Source: Candidatus Latescibacterota bacterium (GTDB lineage: Bacteria; Latescibacterota; UBA2968; GCA-2709665). From it: 64,000 nt of DNA. The translations under genes were made by a program, and so were the position numbers. Positions 10,186 to 19,826 of the stretch are shown piece after piece. The first letter of the stretch is position 1, and the number at the start of each line of letters is the position of its first letter. The notes beneath the pieces were generated by a model. The model made no database searches. It saw nothing but the letters and a program-made list of their open reading frames with translations, and was not told the DNA's origin. The stretch is from assembly GCA_965219995.1 (NCBI GenBank), contig CBDCOX010000002.1, positions 1,152,001 to 1,216,000 of the forward strand, in the 5' to 3' direction.

Positions 10186-13100
10186 GTGAAAATTTCGGAA
10201 GTTGCCATACACAAGCCCATCACCACGGTGATGGTGGCCATCAGCGTCGTGGTACTCGGGTTCATCTCTCTCTTCCGTCTGCCCCTCGAGTACCTGCCGG
10301 ACATCACGTTCCCCGTGATGTACGTCAACGTCGACTACCCTTCTTCTTCTCCCGAAGAAATCGAGACGGAAATTGTCCGGCCGCTGGAAGAAGTGATGGG
10401 GACCCTCTCCCATGTAAAGACCCTGAGTTCGCGGTCTTACGCCAATCGGGGTTACGTGCGTCTGGAATTCGATCTCAATACCGACATGGACCTTATGGCG
10501 GTCCACGTAAGGGATCGTCTCGATCAGGTACGAAACGACCTTCCCGGCGACGTCGAGCGCATCACGATACGGCGGTGGAACACGGAAGACTTCCCGGTGC
10601 TGACCTATGCTCTGAGTTGGCAGGGACAGGATGCATCGGAACTGGCCAGCGTCTACGAATACACCATTCTTCCACGTTTGCAGCGCCTGGAAGGGGTTGG
10701 CAGCGTTGAGGTTCGGGGCTTGCGAGAGAAAGACCTGCTCATCGAGGTCGATCAGAACCTGTTGCACACGCATCGTCTGGACATTCGCGCGCTCAACAGA
10801 GCGATCAGCGCCAACAATGTCAATATTTCCGCGGGTTACGTCAACGAAGCCGAAAAACGCCTGACCACGCGCACGATCGGTGAGTTCGAGAACGTCGACC
10901 AGATCCGCCGCCTCCCCCTCCGCGCCGGTGTTGAAGTTGGCGACGTTGCGGACGTCACGTACGACTTTCCGGAAGAAAAGGACTTCGAACGCCTCGACGG
11001 GAGGGACGCGGTGACGGTTGACATCCGCAAGGCCTCCTCGGCCAACCTGGTGGCGACCGCGGACCGCGTAAAGGCGGAATTCGAGCGAATCCGGCAGGAG
11101 ATCGGCGGTGACAAGCTCCGCATGCAGGCCATACGGGACCGTTCGCTGGACGTAACCACCGGGATCAGGAGCCTCACGCAGTCCGCCATCATGGGGGGTC
11201 TGCTGGCCATCTGCGTCATCTTCGTCTTTCTGCGAAATTTCCGCAGCACCCTCATCATCGGTTCCGCCATCCCGATCTCGGCCGTCACCGTATTTGTCGT
11301 CATGTACATGAGCCGCCAGGTCTTCGGCTCCAACATCACCCTCAATCTGATGTCGATGATGGGCCTCATGGTCGCGATCGGAATGCTCGTGGACCCCGCC
11401 GTGGTCGCACTGGAGAACATCTTCAGAAAGCGTTACGACGAGGGCCAGGGGTCCCGCACCGCTGCTCTCGACGGCAGCCGCGAAATCGGGATTCCCGTGC
11501 TTGCCGCTTCGCTGACGACCATATGCGTCTTCGTGCCCATCATTTTTGTGACCGACTCACGCAGCGCGCTCTTTATGCGTGATTTCGCACTCACGGTGTG
11601 CATTTCGGTTGGCGCGTCCTTCTGCGTGGCGCTTTCCCTGATCCCCCTCGCGGCATCCCGGGCTTTCAACGACAACCGGTCCCGTTTGGACCGCTGGCTG
11701 AAGATCGCCCTTATTCTGCTGGCGGCGAGCTTTGCCGCCTATAAGGTCTACGGCGAGGGCCCAACGGCCATCGCCGAGTGGTTGTGGGATGGCGCAAGCG
11801 GCCTGGTCGCCGGTCTCGCCGGCATACCGGCCGTGGCGTGGCTGTTGCTCGCACTCGTGGCCGCGGGCGTCGCGGGCCTGATTCATACGGCCCGTGCCGC
11901 CGGTGGAATCAAGAGCCTCTACTCCAGCCTCGTCGTCACCACGCTGCGTTACAGATGGAGCACCGTTGTCACCGCCTGCGCGTTGTTGGGCGCGGGCGTC
12001 TATTTCTATACGCTGATCGAGAAGCAGCCCTATCGCTGGCAACCCACGCGAAGGGTTGACGTTTCGGTCGAATTGCCGCGAAGCTTCGACATTCAGGACG
12101 CGCTGGCTCTCTTCGAACGCATCGAGGGTCTCCTGCTGCCGATGAAGGAAGAACTGGACATCGCGGCCATGAGCAGCCGCTACAGCGACCGGAGGAGCAA
12201 TCGCATTACCCTCTACCTGGTTCCGGCGGACGAGGGACGTCTCTCCACCGACGAAGTCACGCGCAAAGTCAAAGCCATGCTGCCAAAAGACATCCCCGGC
12301 GTGCGTTTCAAGTCCGGCAGGACCTGGGGAAGCAGTTCCACGGGGGCCGGCGTGGAAATCAAGGGCCGGAACCCGGATGTACTCGCCATGCTGGCAGAGG
12401 ATGTCCGACTCAGGCTGCAGGACATCCGCGGGGTTCACGAAGTCGAAACCAGCCTGGAATCCGGAAACGAGGAAATCCAGGTCTCCGTCAACCGGCGACG
12501 CGCCAGACGATACGGACTCACGCCCTGGCAGGTTGCCACCACGGTTGCCAGCGCGCTGGGAACCAGGGGAAACAGCAAGTTCAAGACAGAGAACGGGGAA
12601 ATCGACATCGCCGTTCAACTGAAAGAAGAGGACCGGGCCACCCTCGAGCAACTCAGGAACACGTACTTCGAGAGCGACACGGGAAACATGGTCTCGTTCG
12701 CCAGCCTGGCGGATTTCCGCGTCACGAAGGGTCCTCAAGCGCTCGAACGCGAGAACCGGATGTCCACGCTGACCGTATTCGCCAATACGGAACAGCGGGC
12801 CGTCTACTCCGTTGGCAGGGAAATGATGAGGCGGATGCGGATGACTCCGTTGCCGGCCGGGTACTCGTGGCAGATGGACCGCCGATTCCGCTGGATGAAC
12901 CAGGAACAGGGTGAAACCAACTTTACCATGATCTTCGCAGCGCTTCTCGTCTACATGATCATGGCCGCCCTGTTCGAGTCCTACGCGCACCCGTTTACCA
13001 TCATGTTTTCCATCTGCTTCGCCTTCATCGGGGTCTCGTTCGGGCTGTACGCCTTCAACATCCCTATGGACAGCAACGCCACCTACGGTCTGCTCATCCT

Positions 13101-13452
13101 GTTCGGCATCGTTGTAAACAACGGCATTGTCCTGGTCGACCATATCAACCGCTATCGAAAACAGGGCCTCTACCGTCGCGACGCCATTATCCGGGGCGGG
13201 CAGGACCGACTGCGTCCCATTCTGATGACCGCCACGACCACGATCCTGGGCCTCACTCCCCTGGTCCTTCCGATGATCTACGGTACCGCTGAAGGGACCG
13301 CCCGCCGCTGGGGCCCGATCGGCTTCGTGGTGATCTCGGGCCTGATGGTGTCGACCATCCTGACGCTGGTCCTCCTGCCAACCGTGTACTCGCTCGTCGA
13401 CGACCTTGCGGTTTACGTGAAGCGGACGGCCGCAACCGTGAGACGCGCGTGA
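10186..13452 (+). CDS. RND efflux transporter permease (AcrB/AcrD/AcrF family)
   Basis: 1088 aa; SPEEIETEIVRPLEE, MLVDPAVVALENI, IVVNNGIVLVD, RLRPILMT. Confidence 0.93.
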   Translation: MKISEVAIHKPITTVMVAISVVVLGFISLFRLPLEYLPDITFPVMYVNVDYPSSSPEEIETEIVRPLEEVMGTLSHVKTLSSRSYANRGYVRLEFDLNTDMDLMAVHVRDRLDQVRNDLPGDVERITIRRWNTEDFPVLTYALSWQGQDASELASVYEYTILPRLQRLEGVGSVEVRGLREKDLLIEVDQNLLHTHRLDIRALNRAISANNVNISAGYVNEAEKRLTTRTIGEFENVDQIRRLPLRAGVEVGDVADVTYDFPEEKDFERLDGRDAVTVDIRKASSANLVATADRVKAEFERIRQEIGGDKLRMQAIRDRSLDVTTGIRSLTQSAIMGGLLAICVIFVFLRNFRSTLIIGSAIPISAVTVFVVMYMSRQVFGSNITLNLMSMMGLMVAIGMLVDPAVVALENIFRKRYDEGQGSRTAALDGSREIGIPVLAASLTTICVFVPIIFVTDSRSALFMRDFALTVCISVGASFCVALSLIPLAASRAFNDNRSRLDRWLKIALILLAASFAAYKVYGEGPTAIAEWLWDGASGLVAGLAGIPAVAWLLLALVAAGVAGLIHTARAAGGIKSLYSSLVVTTLRYRWSTVVTACALLGAGVYFYTLIEKQPYRWQPTRRVDVSVELPRSFDIQDALALFERIEGLLLPMKEELDIAAMSSRYSDRRSNRITLYLVPADEGRLSTDEVTRKVKAMLPKDIPGVRFKSGRTWGSSSTGAGVEIKGRNPDVLAMLAEDVRLRLQDIRGVHEVETSLESGNEEIQVSVNRRRARRYGLTPWQVATTVASALGTRGNSKFKTENGEIDIAVQLKEEDRATLEQLRNTYFESDTGNMVSFASLADFRVTKGPQALERENRMSTLTVFANTEQRAVYSVGREMMRRMRMTPLPAGYSWQMDRRFRWMNQEQGETNFTMIFAALLVYMIMAALFESYAHPFTIMFSICFAFIGVSFGLYAFNIPMDSNATYGLLILFGIVVNNGIVLVDHINRYRKQGLYRRDAIIRGGQDRLRPILMTATTTILGLTPLVLPMIYGTAEGTARRWGPIGFVVISGLMVSTILTLVLLPTVYSLVDDLAVYVKRTAATVRRA

Positions 13453-14123
13453 ACCGTCTTGCCGTTGTCCTGCTCAGCGGCGGGCTAGACAGCTGTGTTA
13501 CCGCCGCTGTCGCCCGTCAGAACGACGATCTTGCCCTGCTCTACCTTGACTACGGCCAACGCACAAACGCCCGTGAACACCGCGCGTTCCTGGAAATCGC
13601 CGACCATTACGAAGTACCCGAGAGCCGCCGCCTGACCGTACGGACCGACGCGTTCCGGCAGATCGGCGGTTCCGCGCTGACGGATCCAAGGGTCCCCGTT
13701 CCCGACGCCGACGTCGACCGGAACGGCGTCCCCGTCACGTACGTGCCGTTCCGGAATGCCCTTCTCCTCTGCATGGGCGTATCCTGGGCCGAGTCCGTTG
13801 GCGCCGCCAGTGTCTATCTGGGCGCTGTCGAAGAAGACGGTTCCGGGTATCCCGACTGCACGCAGGCGTTTTGCAACGCGTTCGCTCTGGCGGCGGATGC
13901 CGGTACCCGACCGGAGTCGCGCATCAGAATCCTCGCCCCCGTTATCCACCTCAATAAGCGCCAGATCATCCGGCTGGGCATGGAGTTGGGCGCCCCGCTC
14001 CATCTCACCTGGTCGTGCTACAGAAACAGCGACCGCGCCTGCGGTCGCTGCGATAGTTGCATCCTCCGTCTGAGGGCTTTCAAGGCGGCCGGTATCCCCG
14101 ACCCCATCCTCGCAGAATCCTGA
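13449..14123 (+). CDS. queC: 7-cyano-7-deazaguanine synthase
   Basis: SGGLDS PP-loop, YVPFRN, YPDC, TWSCY...CGRCDSC zinc ligands. Confidence 0.96.
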   Translation: MNRLAVVLLSGGLDSCVTAAVARQNDDLALLYLDYGQRTNAREHRAFLEIADHYEVPESRRLTVRTDAFRQIGGSALTDPRVPVPDADVDRNGVPVTYVPFRNALLLCMGVSWAESVGAASVYLGAVEEDGSGYPDCTQAFCNAFALAADAGTRPESRIRILAPVIHLNKRQIIRLGMELGAPLHLTWSCYRNSDRACGRCDSCILRLRAFKAAGIPDPILAES

Positions 14124-14171
14124 CAACGTCCGGCGCAGGCCCCGGTTCATTGGATCACCGGCCCGTTCTTG

Positions 14172-14339
14172 CTAGTGTTCTGTCCCGGAAATAAGTTGCC
14201 TGAATTCGGCCGTCGAGTCGCCCGGCTCGCAAGACGCCAGAGCGCAGGCGACCTGGCCAGGTCGGCGAGCGATGGCAACGCTGCGAGACGGGATGAATCG
14301 GCGGAAGAATGGTGAGGTATTTTTGGGACAGGACACTAG
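14172..14339. mobile_element. 168-bp miniature inverted-repeat element (ERIC-like MITE), copy 1
   Basis: CTAG-bounded, with 22-bp imperfect terminal inverted repeats CTAGTGTTCTGTCCCGGAAATA / TATTTTTGGGACAGGACACTAG; 162/168 identical to the copy at 61638-61805 by manual alignment. Confidence 0.85.
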
Positions 14340-14415
14340 AGCGACGAATCGCCCGGCATCCGACGCCCCTTCTCATTCGCCGCCGACGGCAAACATTCGA
14401 CGTAACCAGGAAGGG

Positions 14416-15810
14416 TCAGGCGTGCGCCTGAACGTGACCGTGTCCGGCGCGAACCGCCCCGGCGAGCGCTTCGTCCATCATCGACCGCCTCTCACCCGGA
14501 ATCGTCCAGCGCCGCCGGATATCGGGCGACAGACAGTCGATGGGATCGAAATAGAAGAAGTGCTTTCCGGGTCGCACCGCGGGGCTTGCAAACACCGCGA
14601 CGCCCGTTTCTTCGTTGTAGTATTCGAAGGAATGACCGTCTCGTTTTCCGCCGCCGCCGAGTGTGTCCACGATGAAGGTAGGCGTGTTGAATCCGGCCGT
14701 GGCGCCGCGCAGGCTCTTTTCGAGTTCGAGACCGGCGCGCAGCGTGGTCCTGAGATCCTCAACCCCCTGCACCAGATCGTGAAAGAACACATAGTAGGGC
14801 TGGACGTTGAGAAAGCTCAATTGCTTCACCAGATGCTTCATCGTTTGCGCGCTGTCGTTCACGCCCCGTTGAAGCACGGCCTGATTACGCACCTTGACAC
14901 CTCGTTCCGTCAGCAGGTTCATTGCATCCTGCGTGATTCCGGTGATTTCGTTGGGATGGTTGAAGTGGGTATGCAATACCACTTCCTTGTGCAAGTTGCG
15001 GCCCCGGTCGACCACCGCAACCAGCGCGTCCGCCCAGTCGACGTCGCTCAGGATCTTCCCCGGCATGACCGCAGGCCCCTTGGTCGCAAAACGAAACCGC
15101 CGAATATGCGGGATGTCCAGCAGGGAGTCGCCCACCTCCCTGATCTGGGCCGCCCTGAGGTTGTAGACGTCGCCGCCGCTCACCACCACGTCTTCAACTT
15201 CGGGGCGCGATCTCAAATAATCGAACACCTGGGTCCAGCGTCTCCTGTTTGCGCTCAGGTTCACTTTTTCCACGCCATCCGTATCGAGCCCCACGGCGTA
15301 ACTGCGCGTACAGAAGCGGCAGTAGACCGGGCAGGTATCCAGCGTGAGAAAAAGCGCCCTGTCCGGATACCGGTGTGTCAGTCCGGGAACCGGAGAATCG
15401 CCCTGCTCGTTCAGTGAATCCAGGTGAAGTTCCGGGTGGTCCGGCAGCTGTTGGGAGGCCAACGGCAGGAACTGGGTCCGCAGCGGATCTCCGTACGGAT
15501 CGTCCCAGTTGATCAGACTCAGGATATACGGTGAGATCCGTATGCTCATCGGGGCCCGGCGCAACCCTTCCCGCAGATCGTCGTAGAAGCCCGGTCCGGC
15601 GAGTCCGCCCACGATTTCCTGCAGATTCTCCACACTCGTCGGGGAATTGCGGGCCTGGAATACGTGGGAGTGGAAGGTTTCCGCGTTCACGTTCTCGAAC
15701 GCCGGAATCGTCTTCCAGAATGCATCCCGACGGAACCTGCGATGCGAATGTGCCTCCTCGCGTTCGGCTGCGACAGTGCCGTCGATGACATCGACGCCAG
15801 CGGATTTCAT
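14416..15810 (-). CDS. KamA-family radical SAM/PLP aminomutase (lysine 2,3-aminomutase-like)
   Basis: GLTHRYPDR, CPVYCRFCTR (CxxxCxxC), SGGD, HFNHPNEI, GGGGK PLP lysine. Confidence 0.9.
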   Translation of the reverse strand: MKSAGVDVIDGTVAAEREEAHSHRRFRRDAFWKTIPAFENVNAETFHSHVFQARNSPTSVENLQEIVGGLAGPGFYDDLREGLRRAPMSIRISPYILSLINWDDPYGDPLRTQFLPLASQQLPDHPELHLDSLNEQGDSPVPGLTHRYPDRALFLTLDTCPVYCRFCTRSYAVGLDTDGVEKVNLSANRRRWTQVFDYLRSRPEVEDVVVSGGDVYNLRAAQIREVGDSLLDIPHIRRFRFATKGPAVMPGKILSDVDWADALVAVVDRGRNLHKEVVLHTHFNHPNEITGITQDAMNLLTERGVKVRNQAVLQRGVNDSAQTMKHLVKQLSFLNVQPYYVFFHDLVQGVEDLRTTLRAGLELEKSLRGATAGFNTPTFIVDTLGGGGKRDGHSFEYYNEETGVAVFASPAVRPGKHFFYFDPIDCLSPDIRRRWTIPGERRSMMDEALAGAVRAGHGHVQAHA

Positions 15811-16140
15811 GTCTTCTCTACCCCACCCGGTGTGATGATTCATCATCCAAACCGGACCTGCGGTTTATTCTTCGGCGACGTCGCGTTGCGATGCAGGCGA
15901 CAATCATCGCCCGATAGCCCTCTCAGCGATTCTGAACCGTGGATGTCATTCCGCGAGGGACGCGACGCGCATCGCGAGCCATTCGAAGCATCATATGATA
16001 TCATGCTCGCGAAAATTGTCAAGGCTTTTCCGGCATCGGCCCCGTTTTCCGGGAGAATCCGCTTGTTCGGATTTTATATCTTGCTTATATTTCGCAAGTT
16101 AGAGAAAGTCTCCACCTGAACGAAGACACAACCCGAAACC

Positions 16141-18903
16141 ATGTCAAAACGCGCGCTCAAGTTTGTTTTACCGGTGGTCGGACTGCTTCTGGGATACACG
16201 GGCCTTCGGCTGATCGTCTTCTTTTACACCGACTGGCTCTGGTTTCAAAATCTCGGATACGGATCCGTCCTCGTCACCACGGCCCTCGCCCGCCTGCTTG
16301 CCTTCTTCGCCTTCGCCGCCGCCTTCACTGCGATCGCGGGCGTCAATGTCTTGATCGCGCACAAGATTGGCCGGCACACCCGGGAAATGCCGCTGGAAGT
16401 CATCGTGGCCGACGCCGAACCCGTGCTTCCCGAACGACGCAAGCGCCAGTTCCTCCTCTGGTCCGGCGCCATCGCGCTGCTGGCCTGCGCGACCGGCCTG
16501 ATCGGCGCCTCGGCCTGGGTGCCGCTGCTGCGTTTCTTTCATCCCACCCCGTTCGGACGCACCGACCCAGTCTTCGACAACGATCTCAGCTTTTATTTCT
16601 TCAGCCTTCCCGCTTACAACTTTGTGCAGGGGTGGCTGGTATTCGCCGTCATCCTCACCGTCATTCTCGTCGGTTTCTCCTATCACCGGGACCGTGCCCT
16701 GCGCAGAGAGAATCGAGGCTGGTCATCCACTCCCCATGTCCGCGCCCATCTCTCCGTACTTGCGGCGGTTCTCTCCTTGATCGGCGCCTGGTGGTACTGG
16801 CTCAAGGAATACGAAATCCTCTATTCCTTCCGTAAGGACGCCTTTTTCGGCGCCGGATATACCGACGTCCACGTTCAGGTATACGCCTACCGGCTCATGT
16901 TGGTCCTCTCCATCCTTCTCGGCGCTTTGCTGGTACACAACGTCCGCGCCCGGAAGTGGTGGCCGATCGCCTGGGGCGGTGGCGCCTATTTCTCGGCAAT
17001 TCTGCTGCTCAGCTGGATTTTTCCGATTCTATTCGATCAGTTCGTGGTCAAGCCCGATGAATTACGGCTTGAAGAACCCTACATTCGAAGGACCATCGAA
17101 CACACACAGCGGGCGTACGGACTGGACCGAATTGAGGAAGTCCCCTTTCCCGCGGAGTCCGATCTGGATGTCGAGGATATCCGCAACAATCTGCCCACCA
17201 TCAGAAACATTCCGCTCTGGGACCGCCGACCCCTGATCGCAACCTACAGCCAACTGCAGGAAATCCGGTCTTATTACCGATTCGGCAGCATCGACGTGGA
17301 CCGGTATTCGATCAACGGCGATTACAAGCAGGTAATGGTGGCCGCCCGCGAATTCTCGCGGGAACAGTTGGCGATACAGGGGGAGACCTGGGTCAACCGT
17401 CACCTGGTCTACACCCACGGGTACGGCTTGTGCATGAGCCCGGCCAGCGAAGTCGGCAAGGAGGGTCTGCCGGAATTCTACGTCAAAGACATTCCGCCCA
17501 GCGCGTCGGTGGACATCCGCGTGGATCGCCCGGAGATCTATTATGGCGAAGCCATGCAGGACTACGTGATTGTCAACACCAGAACGGAGGAATTCGACTA
17601 CCCCCGAGGCGACGAAAACGCCTACACCACCTACCGCGGTGCAGGCGGGGTACCGGTCAATTCGTTCTGGCGGCGGCTTCTGTTCGCCCTGCGATTCGGT
17701 GATCCGTACCTGCTGGTCACGCAGAACCTGAAACCCGAAAGCCGAATACAGTTCGACCGGCACATCGGTCGTCGTTTTCGGGACGAGGGCCCCAGGCGGT
17801 TCCAGAAACTCGCGCCATATCTCCGCTTCGACAAAGACCCATACCTGGTCACGGTGAACGGAAGGCTCGTGTGGATACACGACGCCTATACTGAAAGCAA
17901 CATGTATCCCTACGCCGAACCTTACGGCAGGCCCTACGTACGCGAAGCCAACTACATCCGCAACGCCGTGAAGGCCACGCTCGATGCCTACGACGGGTCG
18001 GTCACGTTCTACGTGTGGGATCCGGACGACCCGCTTATTCGATCCTACATGGAAATCTTCCCGGATCTCTTTCGGCCGAAGGAAGACATGCCCGAGGCAC
18101 TGCGCGCCCACGTCCGTTACCCGGCAGACCTCTTTGAAATCCAGGCGTCGCTCTACAACACGTACCACATGGCATCGCCCCAGGTCTTTTACAACCGCGA
18201 GGATGTCTGGGAACCTGCCATGGAAATCTACGGGGTTTCGGAACGCCCGCGGGTAATGGCGCCGTATTACATCATCGTTAAACTGCCGGACGCCGAACGG
18301 GAGGAGTTCGTCCTGATGCTTCCGGCCACACCGGCCGGAAAGGCAAACATGATCGCCTGGCTTCTCGCCCGATGCGACGGTCCGAACTACGGCCGGCTGA
18401 TGGTCTACAAGCTGCCAAAGAAAAAACTCATCTACGGTCCGATGTTGATCGAACGCCGAATCGATCAGGATACGGATGTGTCGCGGGAAATCACACTCTG
18501 GAGCCAGAGGGGTTCCGACGTGCTCCGCGGCAATCTGCTCGTTGTTCCCATCGAAAACGGCTTCATCTACGTTGAACCGCTCTATTTGAGGGCCACTCAG
18601 AGCGGAATGCCCGAGCTGAAGCGGGTTCTCGTTGCGCACGGCGACAGGCTCGCGATGGCCGAAGACCTCGAACAGGCATTGGATCGGGCCTTCGAAACGC
18701 GGGGATCCGGTCCGGTATTCCAACACCCGCCCGCGAAGGAATCAACGGGATTTCGTATCCTGACTCAAGCCGCCCTGACGCAGTTCGACACGGCGCAATC
18801 CCGCCTGCGGACGGGTGATTTCGCGGGGTACGGCGAAGCCGTACAAGATCTGAGAAAGACACTTCAGCAGTTGCGTGACGAGGCGGGCGCCGAGGAAGAA
18901 TGA
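16141..18903 (+). CDS. UPF0182 family membrane protein
   Basis: YTDWLWF, DPVF..D.SFYFF.LP, HLVYTHGYG, RPEIYYGE, NYIRNAVKA, YVEPLYL. Confidence 0.92.
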   Translation: MSKRALKFVLPVVGLLLGYTGLRLIVFFYTDWLWFQNLGYGSVLVTTALARLLAFFAFAAAFTAIAGVNVLIAHKIGRHTREMPLEVIVADAEPVLPERRKRQFLLWSGAIALLACATGLIGASAWVPLLRFFHPTPFGRTDPVFDNDLSFYFFSLPAYNFVQGWLVFAVILTVILVGFSYHRDRALRRENRGWSSTPHVRAHLSVLAAVLSLIGAWWYWLKEYEILYSFRKDAFFGAGYTDVHVQVYAYRLMLVLSILLGALLVHNVRARKWWPIAWGGGAYFSAILLLSWIFPILFDQFVVKPDELRLEEPYIRRTIEHTQRAYGLDRIEEVPFPAESDLDVEDIRNNLPTIRNIPLWDRRPLIATYSQLQEIRSYYRFGSIDVDRYSINGDYKQVMVAAREFSREQLAIQGETWVNRHLVYTHGYGLCMSPASEVGKEGLPEFYVKDIPPSASVDIRVDRPEIYYGEAMQDYVIVNTRTEEFDYPRGDENAYTTYRGAGGVPVNSFWRRLLFALRFGDPYLLVTQNLKPESRIQFDRHIGRRFRDEGPRRFQKLAPYLRFDKDPYLVTVNGRLVWIHDAYTESNMYPYAEPYGRPYVREANYIRNAVKATLDAYDGSVTFYVWDPDDPLIRSYMEIFPDLFRPKEDMPEALRAHVRYPADLFEIQASLYNTYHMASPQVFYNREDVWEPAMEIYGVSERPRVMAPYYIIVKLPDAEREEFVLMLPATPAGKANMIAWLLARCDGPNYGRLMVYKLPKKKLIYGPMLIERRIDQDTDVSREITLWSQRGSDVLRGNLLVVPIENGFIYVEPLYLRATQSGMPELKRVLVAHGDRLAMAEDLEQALDRAFETRGSGPVFQHPPAKESTGFRILTQAALTQFDTAQSRLRTGDFAGYGEAVQDLRKTLQQLRDEAGAEEE

Positions 18904-18907
18904 CCGG

Positions 18908-19822
18908 ATGGCGGATGTGAACACATCAAAATGGGCGTCGCTGTCAACAGAACAGCGGAATCCCGCCAGCGCGCACGTCGACGAGGCATCAACGCTCCGG
19001 ATTCTCGAGCTTCTCAACCAGGAAGACCGCAAGGTCCCGGAGGCCGTGAATGCCGTTCTGCCGCAGGTCGCGGAGGCCGTCGACCTCGTGTCGGGCGCAT
19101 TGAGGAGCGGCGGCCGGCTGTTCTACGCGGGCGCAGGGACGAGCGGGCGGCTGGGTGTCATGGACGCCGCGGAGTGCCCGCCCACGTTCGGGACCGCGCC
19201 CGAATCGGTGCAGGGCATCATCGCGGGGGGCGAACGCGCGCTGCTGTGCGCGGCCGAACGCGCCGAGGACCGTCCGGAAGACGGCGCGGCAGAGCTTCGG
19301 CGCCGGCGCCTGTCGGCGCGGGACATCGTGATGGGTATCGCTGCCAGCGGTGTGACGCCGTTCGTCCTGGGAGCCCTTGCTTACGCCCGACGTACGGGCG
19401 CAGCCACCGTCTTTTTCACGTGCAACCGGGAAGCGGCGGAGCGGGTCGACGCGGACGTCAGGATCGTGCCCGGCGTGGGCCCGGAAGTCATCACAGGTTC
19501 CACGCGCCTGAAGGCCGGCACCGCGACCAAGCTCGTACTGAACATGATCACGACGGCGGCCATGGTCAGACTGGGCAAGGTGTACGGCAATCTGATGGTG
19601 GACCTGACACCCACATGCGAAAAACTCAACGACCGCGCCCGGCGGATCCTGATGGAAACGACAGGGCAGTCCCGCGACAACTGCGGCCGGACGCTCGCCG
19701 AGGCCGGCGATCTCAAGACGGCCATCGTGATGTCAAAACGGGCCGTCTCGAAGGAGACGGCCCGTCAATTGCTCATGAAAAACGATGGCATCGTCAGGCT
19801 GGCGCTGGAAGACAGACTCTGA
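18908..19822 (+). CDS. murQ: N-acetylmuramic acid 6-phosphate etherase
   Basis: TEQRNP, GAGTSGRLGVMDAAECPPTFG, GPEVITGSTRLKAGTATK, GKVYGNLMVDL. Confidence 0.96.
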   Translation: MADVNTSKWASLSTEQRNPASAHVDEASTLRILELLNQEDRKVPEAVNAVLPQVAEAVDLVSGALRSGGRLFYAGAGTSGRLGVMDAAECPPTFGTAPESVQGIIAGGERALLCAAERAEDRPEDGAAELRRRRLSARDIVMGIAASGVTPFVLGALAYARRTGAATVFFTCNREAAERVDADVRIVPGVGPEVITGSTRLKAGTATKLVLNMITTAAMVRLGKVYGNLMVDLTPTCEKLNDRARRILMETTGQSRDNCGRTLAEAGDLKTAIVMSKRAVSKETARQLLMKNDGIVRLALEDRL

Positions 19823-19826
19823 TCAA

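Noticed and set aside
13449-14123. queC as part of a Dpd or QatABCD defence system
   Set aside because: It has canonical housekeeping length and motifs, and no dpd or qat neighbours.
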